A stretch of 64,000 nt of DNA from Paraspadella gotoi. Taxonomy: Eukaryota; Animalia; Chaetognatha. The notes under the pieces were generated by a model, which saw nothing but the letters and a program-made list of their open reading frames with translations, had not been told where the DNA came from and ran no database searches. The stretch is taken from the NCBI GenBank assembly GCA_051294375.1, contig CM119268.1, positions 4,020,404 through 4,084,403 of the forward strand, given 5' to 3'. The translations under genes were made by a program, and so were the position numbers. Of this stretch, positions 42,709 through 53,620 are shown piece after piece. Numbering within the stretch: the stretch's first letter is position 1; every line of letters starts with the position of its first letter.

Positions 42709-43365
42709 AGCCCCGCCGCCACCACGCCCCGCACAATGATTCCCTAACTATACTCAACTAGACAGGGCGGAGACCCTTGCGCAGGCCAATGGGCCAAAAC
42801 GATTGCCTCTCACTCAAATGAAGCAACTCAGTCCCTTCTCTGGCGAGCTGGGCGCCGCCCAAAACGACGGCTTCAGGAGGAGGGAGAGGAGCCCACCACT
42901 CCTGTCACGAAAGCGGCAAGAACGGACAACCGCCCGCCTCGCCAGCAGGCAGAGAAGAGGGCAGCCAGCAGGCACAACAGGTCAAAGAGACATAAGAGTG
43001 GCTTCTGGGAATCTTTCCGTCAGGTTCGATACCCAGTGCAACATTCACTGGTTCAACCACACTCTCCTCTCAGCCTATGACGCGCTAATGACCTGGCACC
43101 ATCGTCTCTGTCCTTCATTTGCATATAAAACAAGGGGGCCAGCTCATTTTGAGCTCTTTCTTTCTCCTTATATTTCACTTCTTATCCTCCTAACTATCAA
43201 CTATCTTTTCCACATTTCAAATTCATAATTCATGTTACTATCCTTAGCTAACTATTTAAATTAGATATTGTTAAACTCTTACTTGACATTAGTTTTTCAA
43301 AATTTTTTACTTTTGTTGTACATTACAAAAATGTATCTTTAATACTTATTTATTTATCCCTGTTG

Positions 43366-43401
<36 letters not shown>

Positions 43402-43507
43402 ACAAATTTCATTTCTTTTCACAACTCACTCAATCTGTCCTCACTTCAGCCTGTCTCTCTCATCTGACCACTATTCTGTTCTCACCACTTTGTTGGAAAA
43501 CCTTTAC

Positions 43508-43558
<51 letters not shown>

Positions 43559-43597
43559 CACACCCTTCTTTTTGCACAAATATTTTCCTTATGGCAA

Positions 43598-43638
43598 ACG
43601 CTGATGAAGGCTCGAAATGTGAGCCGAAACATGTCCGT
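43598..43638 (+). ncRNA. Minimal type I hammerhead ribozyme (Penelope pLTR)
   Basis: Stem I ACG/CGU; CUGAUGA at 43601-43607; stem II GGCUC/GAGCC; GAAA; palindromic ACAUGU stem III; predicted GUC cleavage after 43635. Confidence 0.88.
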
Positions 43639-44513
43639 ATCTCTAATTAAATTCGTTGTACCACAATTAAAACTTTGTTTTTCTCTAAATCATAATAACA
43701 ACGAAAACGAAAGGTTTATCGCAACATTTAAAATAAAAAGAAAAGAAGCTAATCAATTAGTGAAACAGGTTCTTTGTTTTTCTATTTAAACTTCATTTCC
43801 ACTCAAACGATTCGATCGAAACTTGATTTCCGGTTTAATCACACACCTTCTACCCAAATACAATTCAGGTCATCCCCCATCTACTCGTGAGTAATTGGTG
43901 TTCAAATAGTGAAATATATTTTTTTTGTTTTTTCAATTTAAACTCTTTCAACTCGGGCGATTCCATCAAAACTTCATATCCAGCTCAACACACACTTCCC
44001 TACCCACACACAAAATTTCATTCCAATCCATCCATCCAATCACGAGTAATGGTGTTTTTGCTAAGGAGTTTGACGGGACGGACGGACGGACGGACGGACG
44101 GACGGACATCGTTTTTTTTTGCATAATTTATCATAATTCGATGTTTGACATGATAAAAAATGATGCCCGACAAGATTGAGGGGGCGGATAGACGACCAAC
44201 AAAGTGAATTATAGATCGGGATCTGCTGAAAGCAGATCCGACTAAAAATTATCCATTGATTTAATAAAGATTGATTAATTAATTAATTAATTAATTTAAG
44301 ATGTCACAAAACGTGCAGATGAGCGAATTTGTATAAATTTTATTGGTTTTACAAAATTAAGCGTTATTCATACCTTTTCTACTTTCATAAAAAAAAAATA
44401 AATGACAATTTTATCAACAAAAAAAATAATAGTGGTGATTAATCAAATATAGTCTTGAATTGAAAGTAAAAAAAGACTAGCTCAAATATTTTTTTCACTT
44501 AATTGTTTAAACT

Positions 44514-45846
44514 TTATTTAATGCAGTAAGAAAGGAAAGCCACAAAAGTTGAAAATTTAAATAAAAGGATAGTAATCAAATCGTAATTAGTCGGAAATTC
44601 ATTGTCAATCAATGACAGATACTGGTCAAAAACCCGAGTGATGTTTCGTCCTTTTATCAAATCATAGCGCATTCTCTTCAAGCTAAACTGAATGGGCGAA
44701 TTTTCCGGAAAATCCACGCTGAAATAAGTATGACATTGTAGACTCGTTAGGAGCTTGGGCAAATCAACTCTAAAATCTTTAGCCAGGAAACTGAATCGAA
44801 AGTAAAGACAAATGTAAGCGATTGCAAATAAAGTTACCAAGAAAAGTTTTTGAAAAAAACGACCCTTCAAAATTCTTAAGATTCTAAAGTTTAAAAAGAC
44901 TCCTATATACATCAACAATGGTATTAGAGATGAATTAAAAGACAAGAAAAACGTTTCGGACATTGATTGTAAATTAGTGATTTTATTGTAAGAGTATCCT
45001 GAATGCAGACTCGAGAGATTACTCGAGAGAAAATTCTTCACCTCTTTACCTGACCCGCTCAAGACCCTCATCAGCAACGGACCAAAGGGTAAATTTAAAC
45101 AAAAAATTCCTATGATCTTTTTAATGAACCTCGGCGACTTTCTCCCTCTATCGAACAACTCTAAAAATGAAAGGAGGAATAATAAAGTCGATATTACAAT
45201 GGGAAACTGAGTAAAAACCAAGAAAGATCTGTACAGGTTTTGCTTAGAGGAGATGATCTCGCTCATATTTGATTTTTTGATGCAGAATTGACTTTTGACA
45301 TCCGACAAACCGAATCGATCGCCCATAGATTTGTAACTTAAGCTGGCAAACGCGTTGAGGCTGACAACAGCCATCGGGGTGATCCAAGCCAGGATAAACA
45401 GTGCCGCTTTGGCCCTTTTCATACAAAACAATAAACACAGGCCAATGTACAAGGCAGCCAAAGTTAAATCGAGGAGCAAGATTAAATAGATGGTCGTTTT
45501 TTTGGGATTAAGAAATTTGTAATTCCCTAATTCAATTTTATACCCCAGAGAGAGAGAGTTCTTGAGGACGGGCCATTCCAATTTGAAGATGTTGCAATGC
45601 CGCGCTCCATGTTTGGTAGGAATCAAATTTTTCCACCTTTCCACATCCACAATTCCCTTTGGCTCATAACAAGCATTGAGCCATATTGGTCCATTGGTGA
45701 AAAATACATTGTAATAATAGAGTTTTGGGGTCCATGAATTTATAAATATGTGGGATGGATCGATGCTATTTTGTTTGACAGAATTCAAGAAAAAGGAGAC
45801 GATGAGTAGAGTCCAGGATGTCATCAGGATGAACTGGGAGATTGAA
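44514..45846 (-). CDS. Terminal exon of an XK-related multi-pass membrane protein gene
   Basis: Intact 436-aa ORF with several hydrophobic helices. The acceptor TTTTCTCAG ends at 45847 and is in phase with the upstream exon donor. IYLILLLDLTLAALY resembles the XK motif YY..F.EN..L. Confidence 0.82.
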
Positions 45847-46306
45847 CTGAGAAAATGATAAGATACATAATTTAAAAAAATGTAAATTTTAAACTAATTC
45901 TTAAAAAAATCTTAATTGTTAGTTTGTTACCAATAAAAAATTATATTCTTTTCTGCTAATCTCAAACACAACGAACTGAAAGAAAATTACACAATGTCTA
46001 CCAAAAAAAATCTTTAAAATTTGTATATGGGCTGCTAAGTGCTAACAATATGATTTATGTTATTTAAAGATTTGTTAATTGTGGTAAAATCATATTAAAA
46101 AACTACTGTGGCAATAAAATTTACATTATCAAAGATTTTGTTTTTTTAGTCTAAAGTGTCAGTTGGATGAGTCAATAATTTTAATTGAGCACAGGTTCAA
46201 ACTAAAATTTATACATTTCTTTATTGGACAAAAAATTTTTTATTTGACACAATAGTTTAGGAGAAAACTAATGTTTTTAATGGATTTATTTATTTAGCTT
46301 TAAAAT

Positions 46307-46351
46307 CAGAAATGTTTTGACAATTCTTTTTTGTCGAGTCTTCATCAGCAA
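46307..46351 (-). ncRNA. Degenerate Penelope-type hammerhead relic
   Basis: CUGAUGA-A-GACUC..GA(AUU)GUC-AAAAC-AUUUC; GAAA and GUC are both mutated. Confidence 0.4.
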
Positions 46352-46663
46352 TAATATAATTCATTAAGTCAAAAAATGTCTGATGTTAAAGCAAAATAAA
46401 TTGTTGATGTCCATTAAAACTTTCATTTTCTCCTAAATTACAAACACAATGTCATGCTCTATTATGTTTTATGCTCTATCAGAATTCACTAAAAAAGTTA
46501 AGATATCTAAAAAAAGTTTTATTATTATATAGTAATATCATAATTTTTATAGCTACAATAAAAGCTCTGAAATTGAATTTTTTCAAAAAATTCTTTTTGC
46601 ACCTAAAAGTAGACTTCAATACCAAACTTATCTTAAAGTGGAGTCTCAAAAAATTATCCAAAC

Positions 46664-47062
46664 CTTGTTGCATTGTTTCGATTCCCCAAACCAAAAAAGA
46701 ATTCTTTCAATTCGGAGAGAGTGACGATTCTCAACAGAACAAAAGGCGTGAGAAGAATGAGCCAAAAAGAAATTTTGAATGACCAAATATAGATAACGCA
46801 AATATTAACGACGATGCCAACAACACCCTGAATGACACCAATAACCCCAATCGGGCTCGCTAGAACGTCGCGTGTCTTGACGGCCAAGAAGGCCACGCTC
46901 AGGGAAGAAAGGGTAAAGGAACGTATGGTCGAGGAGTCGCTCAATTCCCAAAAGCAAGACAGAAAATTGGGTTTTTTATAGTGGACATTCATCGAGCAAT
47001 AACATGGTTTTGGCAAAATTATCATGGTTCCGTTGTCGCCTAATTGATATAATTTGACTCTA
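46664..47062 (-). CDS. Internal exon of the XK-related gene
   Basis: (TC)n-GCAG acceptor at 47063; open frame includes SFTLSSLSVAF and SFWLILLTPFVLLRIVTLS, which resembles XK FLW..I.SRV.AL. The GT donor at 46663 is phase 2, compatible with the terminal exon. Confidence 0.7.
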
Positions 47063-47282
47063 CTGCGAGAGAGAGAGAGAATTAACCCAAGTTAAGCGCT
47101 CTCAGGGAGTTACTGCTATAGTTGTAATTTGTAAATACCGAAGTGACAAATATAACCAGTTTAACCATATACCACACAATTCTTTTATTATCTGTATTAT
47201 GTGATAATCCTTTCTTTTTTGTTGTGTTATAAATTAGGGACAGTGTTTGGTATTTGGCAACAACAATTTATTATCAGTAAGA

Positions 47283-47325
47283 AACGAACATGTTTTGGCT
47301 CTATGTTCAAGCCTTCATCAGCGTC
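47283..47325 (-). ncRNA. Hammerhead ribozyme with a mutated core (GAAA to AAAA)
   Basis: GACG-CUGAUGA-A-GGCUU(gaacaua)GAGCC-AAAAC-AU-GUU-CGUU. Confidence 0.7.
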
Positions 47326-47817
47326 AAAATAATTTGTGAAATTTGGACAGATTATTTTACAAAAGAAGGGGAGAGAGAGAGAGTAGAAGAGAGAGAGGGC
47401 AAATTTTCCAACACAGAGTTGAGAAAGGACAGTGGTCAATGGTGAGAACTGAGAACTGGCTAAGGGTAAGGACAGATAGATTTTAGTTTTGAAAAGAAGT
47501 GAAATGGTTAATTGAAGAGAGAGAGAGAAAGGGAGACAGGGAGAGAGAAAAATAACAATTTTTAATGTACAACAAAAGATTTTTGTAAACTGAAATTAGA
47601 CATTAACAATTAAATAATAATAAATAATAATTGAAGAAAAGGAAATAAAGAAATTAGAAAATGAAAAAGATACATTTCTTTCCTTTTCTTCCATCTTGCT
47701 CTGTGAAAGGTTAAGAATTAAGATAGAGCTTAAAATGAGCTCTCCTACTTTCTCTCTCTCTCTATCTCTCTCCCCTTCTTTTGAAGAAAAATCTGTCCAA
47801 ATTTCATGAATTATTTT

Positions 47818-47860
47818 GACGCTGATGAAGGCTTGAACATAGAGCCGAAACATGTTCTTT
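47818..47860 (+). ncRNA. Hammerhead ribozyme with an intact core and damaged stem I
   Basis: GACG-CUGAUGA-A-GGCUU(gaacaua)GAGCC-GAAAC-AU-GUU-CUUU. Confidence 0.72.
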
Positions 47861-49646
47861 TCTTACTTAAAAAAAGTGTTGTTGCCTAATACCAAACTCT
47901 GTCCCTAATATCTGTATTTTAATAGCTTGAGAATGAGATTAGTTTTTCTTGTGCGGGATGATTGTTGGAAAACTTATCAATATCAATGCATAGGCAATGA
48001 AGAAATTTTTTGTAAAAAAATTATTTTTTAAGCCCATAAAAAGTTGTCTACGCAAAGTATAATGCGTTTTTCAATATTTCGATGATAAGTGGGTCAAATA
48101 ATGGAAAAAACACTTTAAAATCATTATCATCATCGTCGTACCATAATTTTTATAGTTTTTGATAATTTTAAGCAATAAAAATATTTAAAAAATTAGAAAT
48201 CTTGTAATAATATTTTTTTTTAATCTCTACCCGAATCGTTTTTAAAATTTCTGATTTAGAAAAAAAAAGTCATGATTTATAGTAAATACGATAAACTTTA
48301 AATGCTTCTATGTTACTAACTATATATAAAATCTTAAATTTTTTTTAATTTCGTCATCCCACAGGGATTCTCTAACGTTATTTATTATTATTTTACTTTG
48401 TTCCGCCTTAATATACAGGGTAGTAAATCAAAACTTAGAATATAATTTACCATTAGATTTCAATGGCAAATAATTATTGAATTTTATTTTATAATACATC
48501 AAAATAATCACTGATGTTTTCTCTTTCTGAAATAGGTTTGATTTCTTTCATGCTCGCACAATACGCCACGGTTTCGAGAAGAATGCAATGTTGGTTGAAT
48601 TTGCTCTGCGCCGGATTTCAGCTTAAAATGAATACTAAAATATGTTACATCCCCTAGCAGTATGTTATATTATTAAGAAGGTTATTAAGTATAAGAATAA
48701 CTAGTATACTAAGTCGGAAATCCGTGCACTAAAGCCCAGTCGATTAGAGCAATATATAAGGGTGCAAGCAACAAGCAACAATTGCAACATTCCCCAAACC
48801 AACAAAATATGTGCTGGTAGCTCCTTTATATGCTAAAGAGTGCAAATGAAGAACTCAATTTAGAAATATTTACTGGAACATGTTATCTTTATTACCCTAT
48901 GGCCATTAAGCTACTGGAATTTGAGAAGTTATTTTTATCCTTGATTATTAAAAACAATTTTAAGATGCTGTAAAAAAATTTTGTTTTTTTAATTTCACAC
49001 TGAAAGGGCCACTCTGGCTGAGTGCGATCTCTGTAAGCTTAGAAAACAATAACTAAAGTAGTTGGGATAAAATATCAAGTTAATAGCATAATGCAATCAA
49101 CTGCAGTATCAGGTAAAAAAAATTACTTCCTTGTATTTTTTCTACTGGGTAAAAAGCCATTGCTGCAGTCTACTAAACAGTACTGAGATTCCATTTCTTG
49201 ACATTTATGGGTTTAGTATGTATGGCTGCAACAAATGGCTGTATTTTTTACAGCTGAAAAAATGAAGATTTCAGATACAGTAACATTTTGATTTTTGACT
49301 GAAGGATTTTCCGGCCTTTTAAAGGGGGGAACCCATATGATTTTCAACAAAAATATTGATAGACTAGGGTAAACCGGCTCTGAGCTATAGCTCAATCTTT
49401 CAAAAGTGCTTATGAAGAGCTACTGTGATTCTTTTGGGTGCTGTGGCAGGAGTGGTATTTGCAACAGTGCTTATCAAATGGCATTAATAGTTAGATTGGT
49501 TAAGTATCTCAATTCAATTTTTTTATTTTAATACCCACAATGCCTCATAAAATAAAAAAAGGCTGATGTGATACGGATTTTCTAAGTTTGAATCACTACT
49601 CTTTATATAACTAACTTTATGTTGCCTGACTCGGGTTAAAACTGAC

Positions 49647-50120
49647 CGTCCATCCCCATGCACTGCTCATGCGTGCCGCTAGTCAAGGAAACGACACTGG
49701 CCACAGCTTGAACAATTAATTGGGGAAACGACTCCAGCAGAACTTGAAGCTGCTCTAATGATGCAGGCCGAGTAACTTGGTTGGCAATGACGCCGTCGAT
49801 TCAGCACGCCTCGTATCCAGATAATGATCGATCATAAAGGGGCATTGCCCATACCAAAAAAAGTGACAGTTAAGGTCGCCATCTTCCGCAGACGCCATTC
49901 CACACGCGCGTGTAGATCAACGCTTGTTTCATCAAGTGGCGCCAGACCCAAATCTAGAAACGATACTGTGCGTTATCAAAACGCCGCTCATTATAGTGCC
50001 AAGATATCGCTCGACGTAAAAAGCTTTATTTAAAAATTTTATCATCGTCTGAATATCGGTAAAAACGTCGGCGATGTTGAGAGAGACCAGGACGATCAAG
50101 AATATCGGAGAGGCATCCAT
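49647..50120 (-). CDS. First coding exon of the XK-related protein (about 3 frameshifts; sequencing error or pseudogenisation)
   Basis: ATG at 50120; ADVFTDI (50052-50072) and LLESFPQLIVQ (ESFPQLIVQ at 49708-49734) match the XK-family motifs xDVxTDI and FLESAPQLVLQ. The donor GTCAGT at 49646 reads as phase 1 against a phase-2 acceptor downstream, so another indel or a missing exon is needed. Confidence 0.72.
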
Positions 50121-50805
50121 TTTTAGTCGGATCTGCTTATAGCAGATCCCGACTCTATAATTCACTTTGTCGGTCCGTCGGTCCGCCCCCTCAATATTGT
50201 CGGGCACCACCTATATCATGTCAGAACATCGAATTATGATAAATTATGCAAAAAAAAACGATGTCCATCTGTCCGTCCGTCCATCCCACCTTAGCAAATT
50301 ACTCGTGATTGGATGGATGGATTGGTATGAAATTTTGTGTGTGGGTAGGAAACTGTGTGATTGAGTGGATATGAAGTTTCGAGGGAATCGTGCGAGTGGA
50401 AATTGGTTTAAATGGAAAAAAACAAAAAAATATATTTCACTATTTGAACGCCAATTGCTCATGAGTGGATAGGGCAATTGACTTGAAATTTTGTATGATG
50501 GAGGAAGTGTGTGATTGAGCTGGATATAAAGTTTCGATGGAATCGTGCAAGTGGAATGAGTTAAATGAAAAACAAAGTCATATTTACTTAAAGTATTTTT
50601 ACTTAAATTTACTTATAATCATTATGTTTATTACAAATTGGATAGATAAATCAAAATTGAATTTTGTGTGTGGGTAGGAAAGTATGTGATAAAGCTGGAT
50701 ATAAATTTTTTGATGGAATCATAGGAGTGGAAAAGAGTTCAAATTAGAAAACCAAAAGACACATTTATTTGAATTTTTTAAAGTTTCCCTCTCTCTATCT
50801 CTCTC

Positions 50806-50860
<55 letters not shown>

Positions 50861-51268
50861 CCAAATTATGCCAATTGACAAAAATATGCCAGTTGACCAA
50901 ATTATGTCAGTTGACCAAACTATGCCAGTTGACCCAATTCTGCAAGTTGAACAAGTTCTGCAAGTTGACCAAATTATGCCTGTTGACCAAATTATGCCAG
51001 TTGACCAAATTAGGCCAGTTGATAAAATTATGCCAGTTGACCAAATTATGCCAGTTGACCAAATTATCTTAATTGATCAAATTATGTCAGTTGACCAAAT
51101 TATGTCAGTTGACCAAATTATGTCAGTAGACCAAATTAAGTCAGTTAACCAAATTATGTCAGTTGACCAAATTATGCAAGTTGATTAAATTATACAAGTT
51201 GACCAAGTTAGCTTATTACCACTTAATTATCGTAGGCAGATCCGACATTGTTTGCTCAAACTTGTTTT
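50121..51268 (+). mobile_element. Complete HINE family 1 element (Helentron-associated, DINE-1-like)
   Basis: T-run ends; 11-bp subTIRs GTCGGATCTGC (50126-50136) and GCAGATCCGAC (51236-51246); short inverted repeat next to the 5' subTIR; (GTCC)n tract; three ~160-170-bp internal repeats; 3' stem-loop GTTTG-CT-CAAAC. Confidence 0.85.
50857..51207. repeat. 18-bp tandem array (gttgaccaaattatgcca), ~19 units, inside a HINE
   Basis: Seen directly, preceded by (GATT)n. Noisy copies occur at ~52130-52475 and ~53980-54307. Confidence 0.93.
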
Positions 51269-51297
51269 AATCTGCGGCGATGAACACAGAACTGTAA

Positions 51298-51526
51298 AAA
51301 AACAAGTTTGAGCAAACAATGTCGGATCTGCCTACGATAATTAATTAATTAATAGATTAATTAATTAATAATTTAATTAATTAATTAATAGATTAATTAA
51401 TTAATTAATTTTAATGATTAATTATAGTTTATATTCAGCTTGTCATCATCGATGTCCTTAAAATTGAGTCAGGACAGTTATTAAATGTTTTGTTTACATT
51501 TTATCAAAACAAACAAATATCCTCTA
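51298..51526 (-). mobile_element. HINE family 1 3' end, tail-to-tail with the preceding copy
   Basis: AACAAGTTTGAGCAAACAATGTCGGATCTGCCTACGAT followed by a TTAA-rich tract. Confidence 0.75.
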
Positions 51527-52795
51527 TTATCGAGCCAGGACGGGCTTTTGCCTGAAATATGCGGGTAAAACGTTCGCATGTTGAGAGAGCAGGACGATCA
51601 AAGAATGATCGGAGAGGCATCCTATTTTTAGGTCGGATTTTCGCTTATCAGCAGATCCCGACTCTATAATTACCACTTTGTCGGTCCGTCCGGTCCGCCC
51701 CTCAATATATGTCGGGCACACACCTATATCATGTCAGAACATCGAATTATGATAAATTATGGGCAAAAAAAAAACGATGTCGCATGGACTGTCCGTCCGT
51801 GCCGATCGCCCACGCTATAGAGCAATTACTGCGTTGTGAATTGGATGGATGGATTGGTATGGAAATTTGTGTGTGGAGTAGGAACAATGTGTGATTGGAA
51901 GATGGTATATTGAAGTTATCGAGGGAATGTGGCGAGTGGAAATTGGTTAAACTGGATAAAAAAACAAAAAAATATATTTACATAATTTGAACCCAATTGC
52001 TCATGAGTTCAAATTAGAAAAACCAAAAGACACATTTATTTGAATTTTTTAAAGTTTTCCCTCTTTCTATCTCTCTCTGGGTTGATTGGATTGATTGGAG
52101 ATTGATGTGGATTGAGCAAATTAGCATTGAAAAATATGCAGTTGACCAATTATGTCAGTTGACCAAACTATGCGCAGTTGACCCAATTCTGCAAAGTTGA
52201 AGCAAGTTCTGCATAGTTGAACAGGAAATTATGATCGCCTGTTGAACCATTATCCAGTATGATCGGCAAATTAGGCAGTTGATAAAATATTATGCCAGTT
52301 GACCACCAATTATGCCAGTTGACCGAAATTATCTTAATTGATCAAATTATGTCAGTTGAACGCAAATTATTGTCAGTTGACAAATTATGTCAGTAGACCA
52401 AATTAAGTCAGTTAACCCAAATTATGTCAGTTGACAAATTAATGCAAGTTGATTAATTATACAAGTTGACCAAGTTTAGCTTATTACCACTTAATTATCG
52501 TAGGCAGATCCGACATTGTTTGCTCAAACTTGTTTTAATCTGCGGCGATGAACACAGAACTGTAAAAAAACAAGTTTGAGCAAACAATGTCGGATCTGCC
52601 TACGATAATTAATTAATTAATGATTAATTAATTAAATAATTTAATTAATAATTAATAGATATTAATTAATTAATTATTTTTAATGATTAATTATAGTTTA
52701 TATTCAGCTTGTCATCATCGATGTCCTTAAAAATGAGTCAGGACAGTTATTAAATGTTTTGTTTACATTTTATCAAAACAAACAAATATCCTCTA

Positions 52796-53620
52796 TTATC
52801 GAGCCAGGACGGGCTTTGGCCCGTCCTGGCTCGATTTTTTTCGGTTTAGCTTTCGGTCCCGCTTTTTTGCAATCATGGCTTCTGAAGTGTGATATCATAG
52901 GGAGTTGAAATTTCATATATGGCTTCTAAGATCAAGATCTTTAAAATTCTCATGTTTCATATCAATATTGGTATTTGTTTATGTTTTATTTACAAAAACA
53001 AAAACGTTTTAATTATATGTCGCTCTCCTCTCTCTCTCTTTCTTTTAAATATATGTCGCTCTCTTCTCTCTCTCTTTTCTCCGTCCACTGCTTCTTCTGA
53101 TTTGTCTAAAAACGAGTTCCGGCTCTGCAGCGTCTGTCCAGCTTTCTTTCTCTCCTCTCTCTCGTCTCTCTCTTTTTTTTTTACAAAAAAAAATTTTAGG
53201 ATATAATGTGGGCTCACTAATGTAAAAAACAATGACGCGAACAAGGTGCGAACCTGGGTCCTTTGAGTAAAGTAGAGCTCACGCTACGTCCGGCGCTATA
53301 GGTACTGCTGATTCTTTAACGAGTAAAGGGGCTGTAGAGCTTCTCTCTCTCTCTCTCTTTTAATTATTATATATCGCTCTTTCTCTCTCTCTTTTTCTCT
53401 GCAGCGGCTGTCTCTCTCTCTCTCTTTTTCTCTCTGTGTGTGTCTGTCCCTCTCTGTCCGATCTCTTGCGTGATCGTTTGTTTTTGTGAAAAATTCTGAT
53501 TATTTTTTTCCTTCTAAAAACTTTTTATTATTACCATTTATTCCGCGCTTTTTTTCAATACAAAATCCCATATTTTCATCCGAGATTTTCGTGGATTTAT
53601 TCTCTTTCTTTCTTACTTAT
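52796..53620 (+). mobile_element. Putative HINE family 2 copy (5' part)
   Basis: TT-ATCGAGCCAGGACGGGC-ttt(g)-GCCCGTCCTGGCTCGAT 17-bp hairpin at 52798-52835; the body recurs at ~54619-55420 and ~58252-59030. Confidence 0.6.

Larger units (their letters stand above)
42227..43690 (+). mobile_element. 5'-truncated Penelope-like retroelement with an inverted partial pLTR
   Basis: 42227-42370 is the reverse complement of ~43548-43690. A GIY-YIG coding remnant lies inside, and there is a hammerhead in each pLTR copy. Confidence 0.9.
41925..44248 (-). mobile_element. HINE (Helentron-associated, DINE-1-like) family 1 copy interrupted by a Penelope-like insertion
   Basis: 3' end TTGAGCAAACAATGTCGGATCTGC at ~41930-41953; 5' hairpin GGATCTGCTG-AAGCAGATCCGACTAAAAA at 44219-44248; (GACG)n tract at 44072-44108. 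Confidence 0.8.
47233..47909 (-). mobile_element. Penelope-like pLTR remnant (second subfamily) with an inverted partial copy, in an XKR intron
   Basis: 47233-~47390 is inverted relative to ~47750-47909. The minus strand of 47233-47745 is similar to 43140-43690 (shared AGCTCATTTT.AGCTCT and CTTTTGTTGTACATTA). It carries two hammerheads. Confidence 0.82.

Noticed and set aside
44514-45300. Resemblance of the 436-aa ORF to SLC6 transporters (RGRKS..LLMRVL..SYN)
   Set aside because: The helix count and order fit poorly, and the upstream exons carry clearer XK-family motifs
48690-49490. Plus-strand hydrophobic peptide ATVILLGAVAGVVFATVLIKWH as a nested tail-anchored gene
   Set aside because: It is preceded by in-frame stops and has no identifiable upstream domain
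50853-51188. ORFs of (VDQIMP)n / (LTKLCQ)n repeats, also at 54149 and 61296-61620, and a CRISPR-like appearance
   Set aside because: These are translations of an 18-bp tandem array inside a HINE; the units are contiguous with no unique spacers and there are no cas genes
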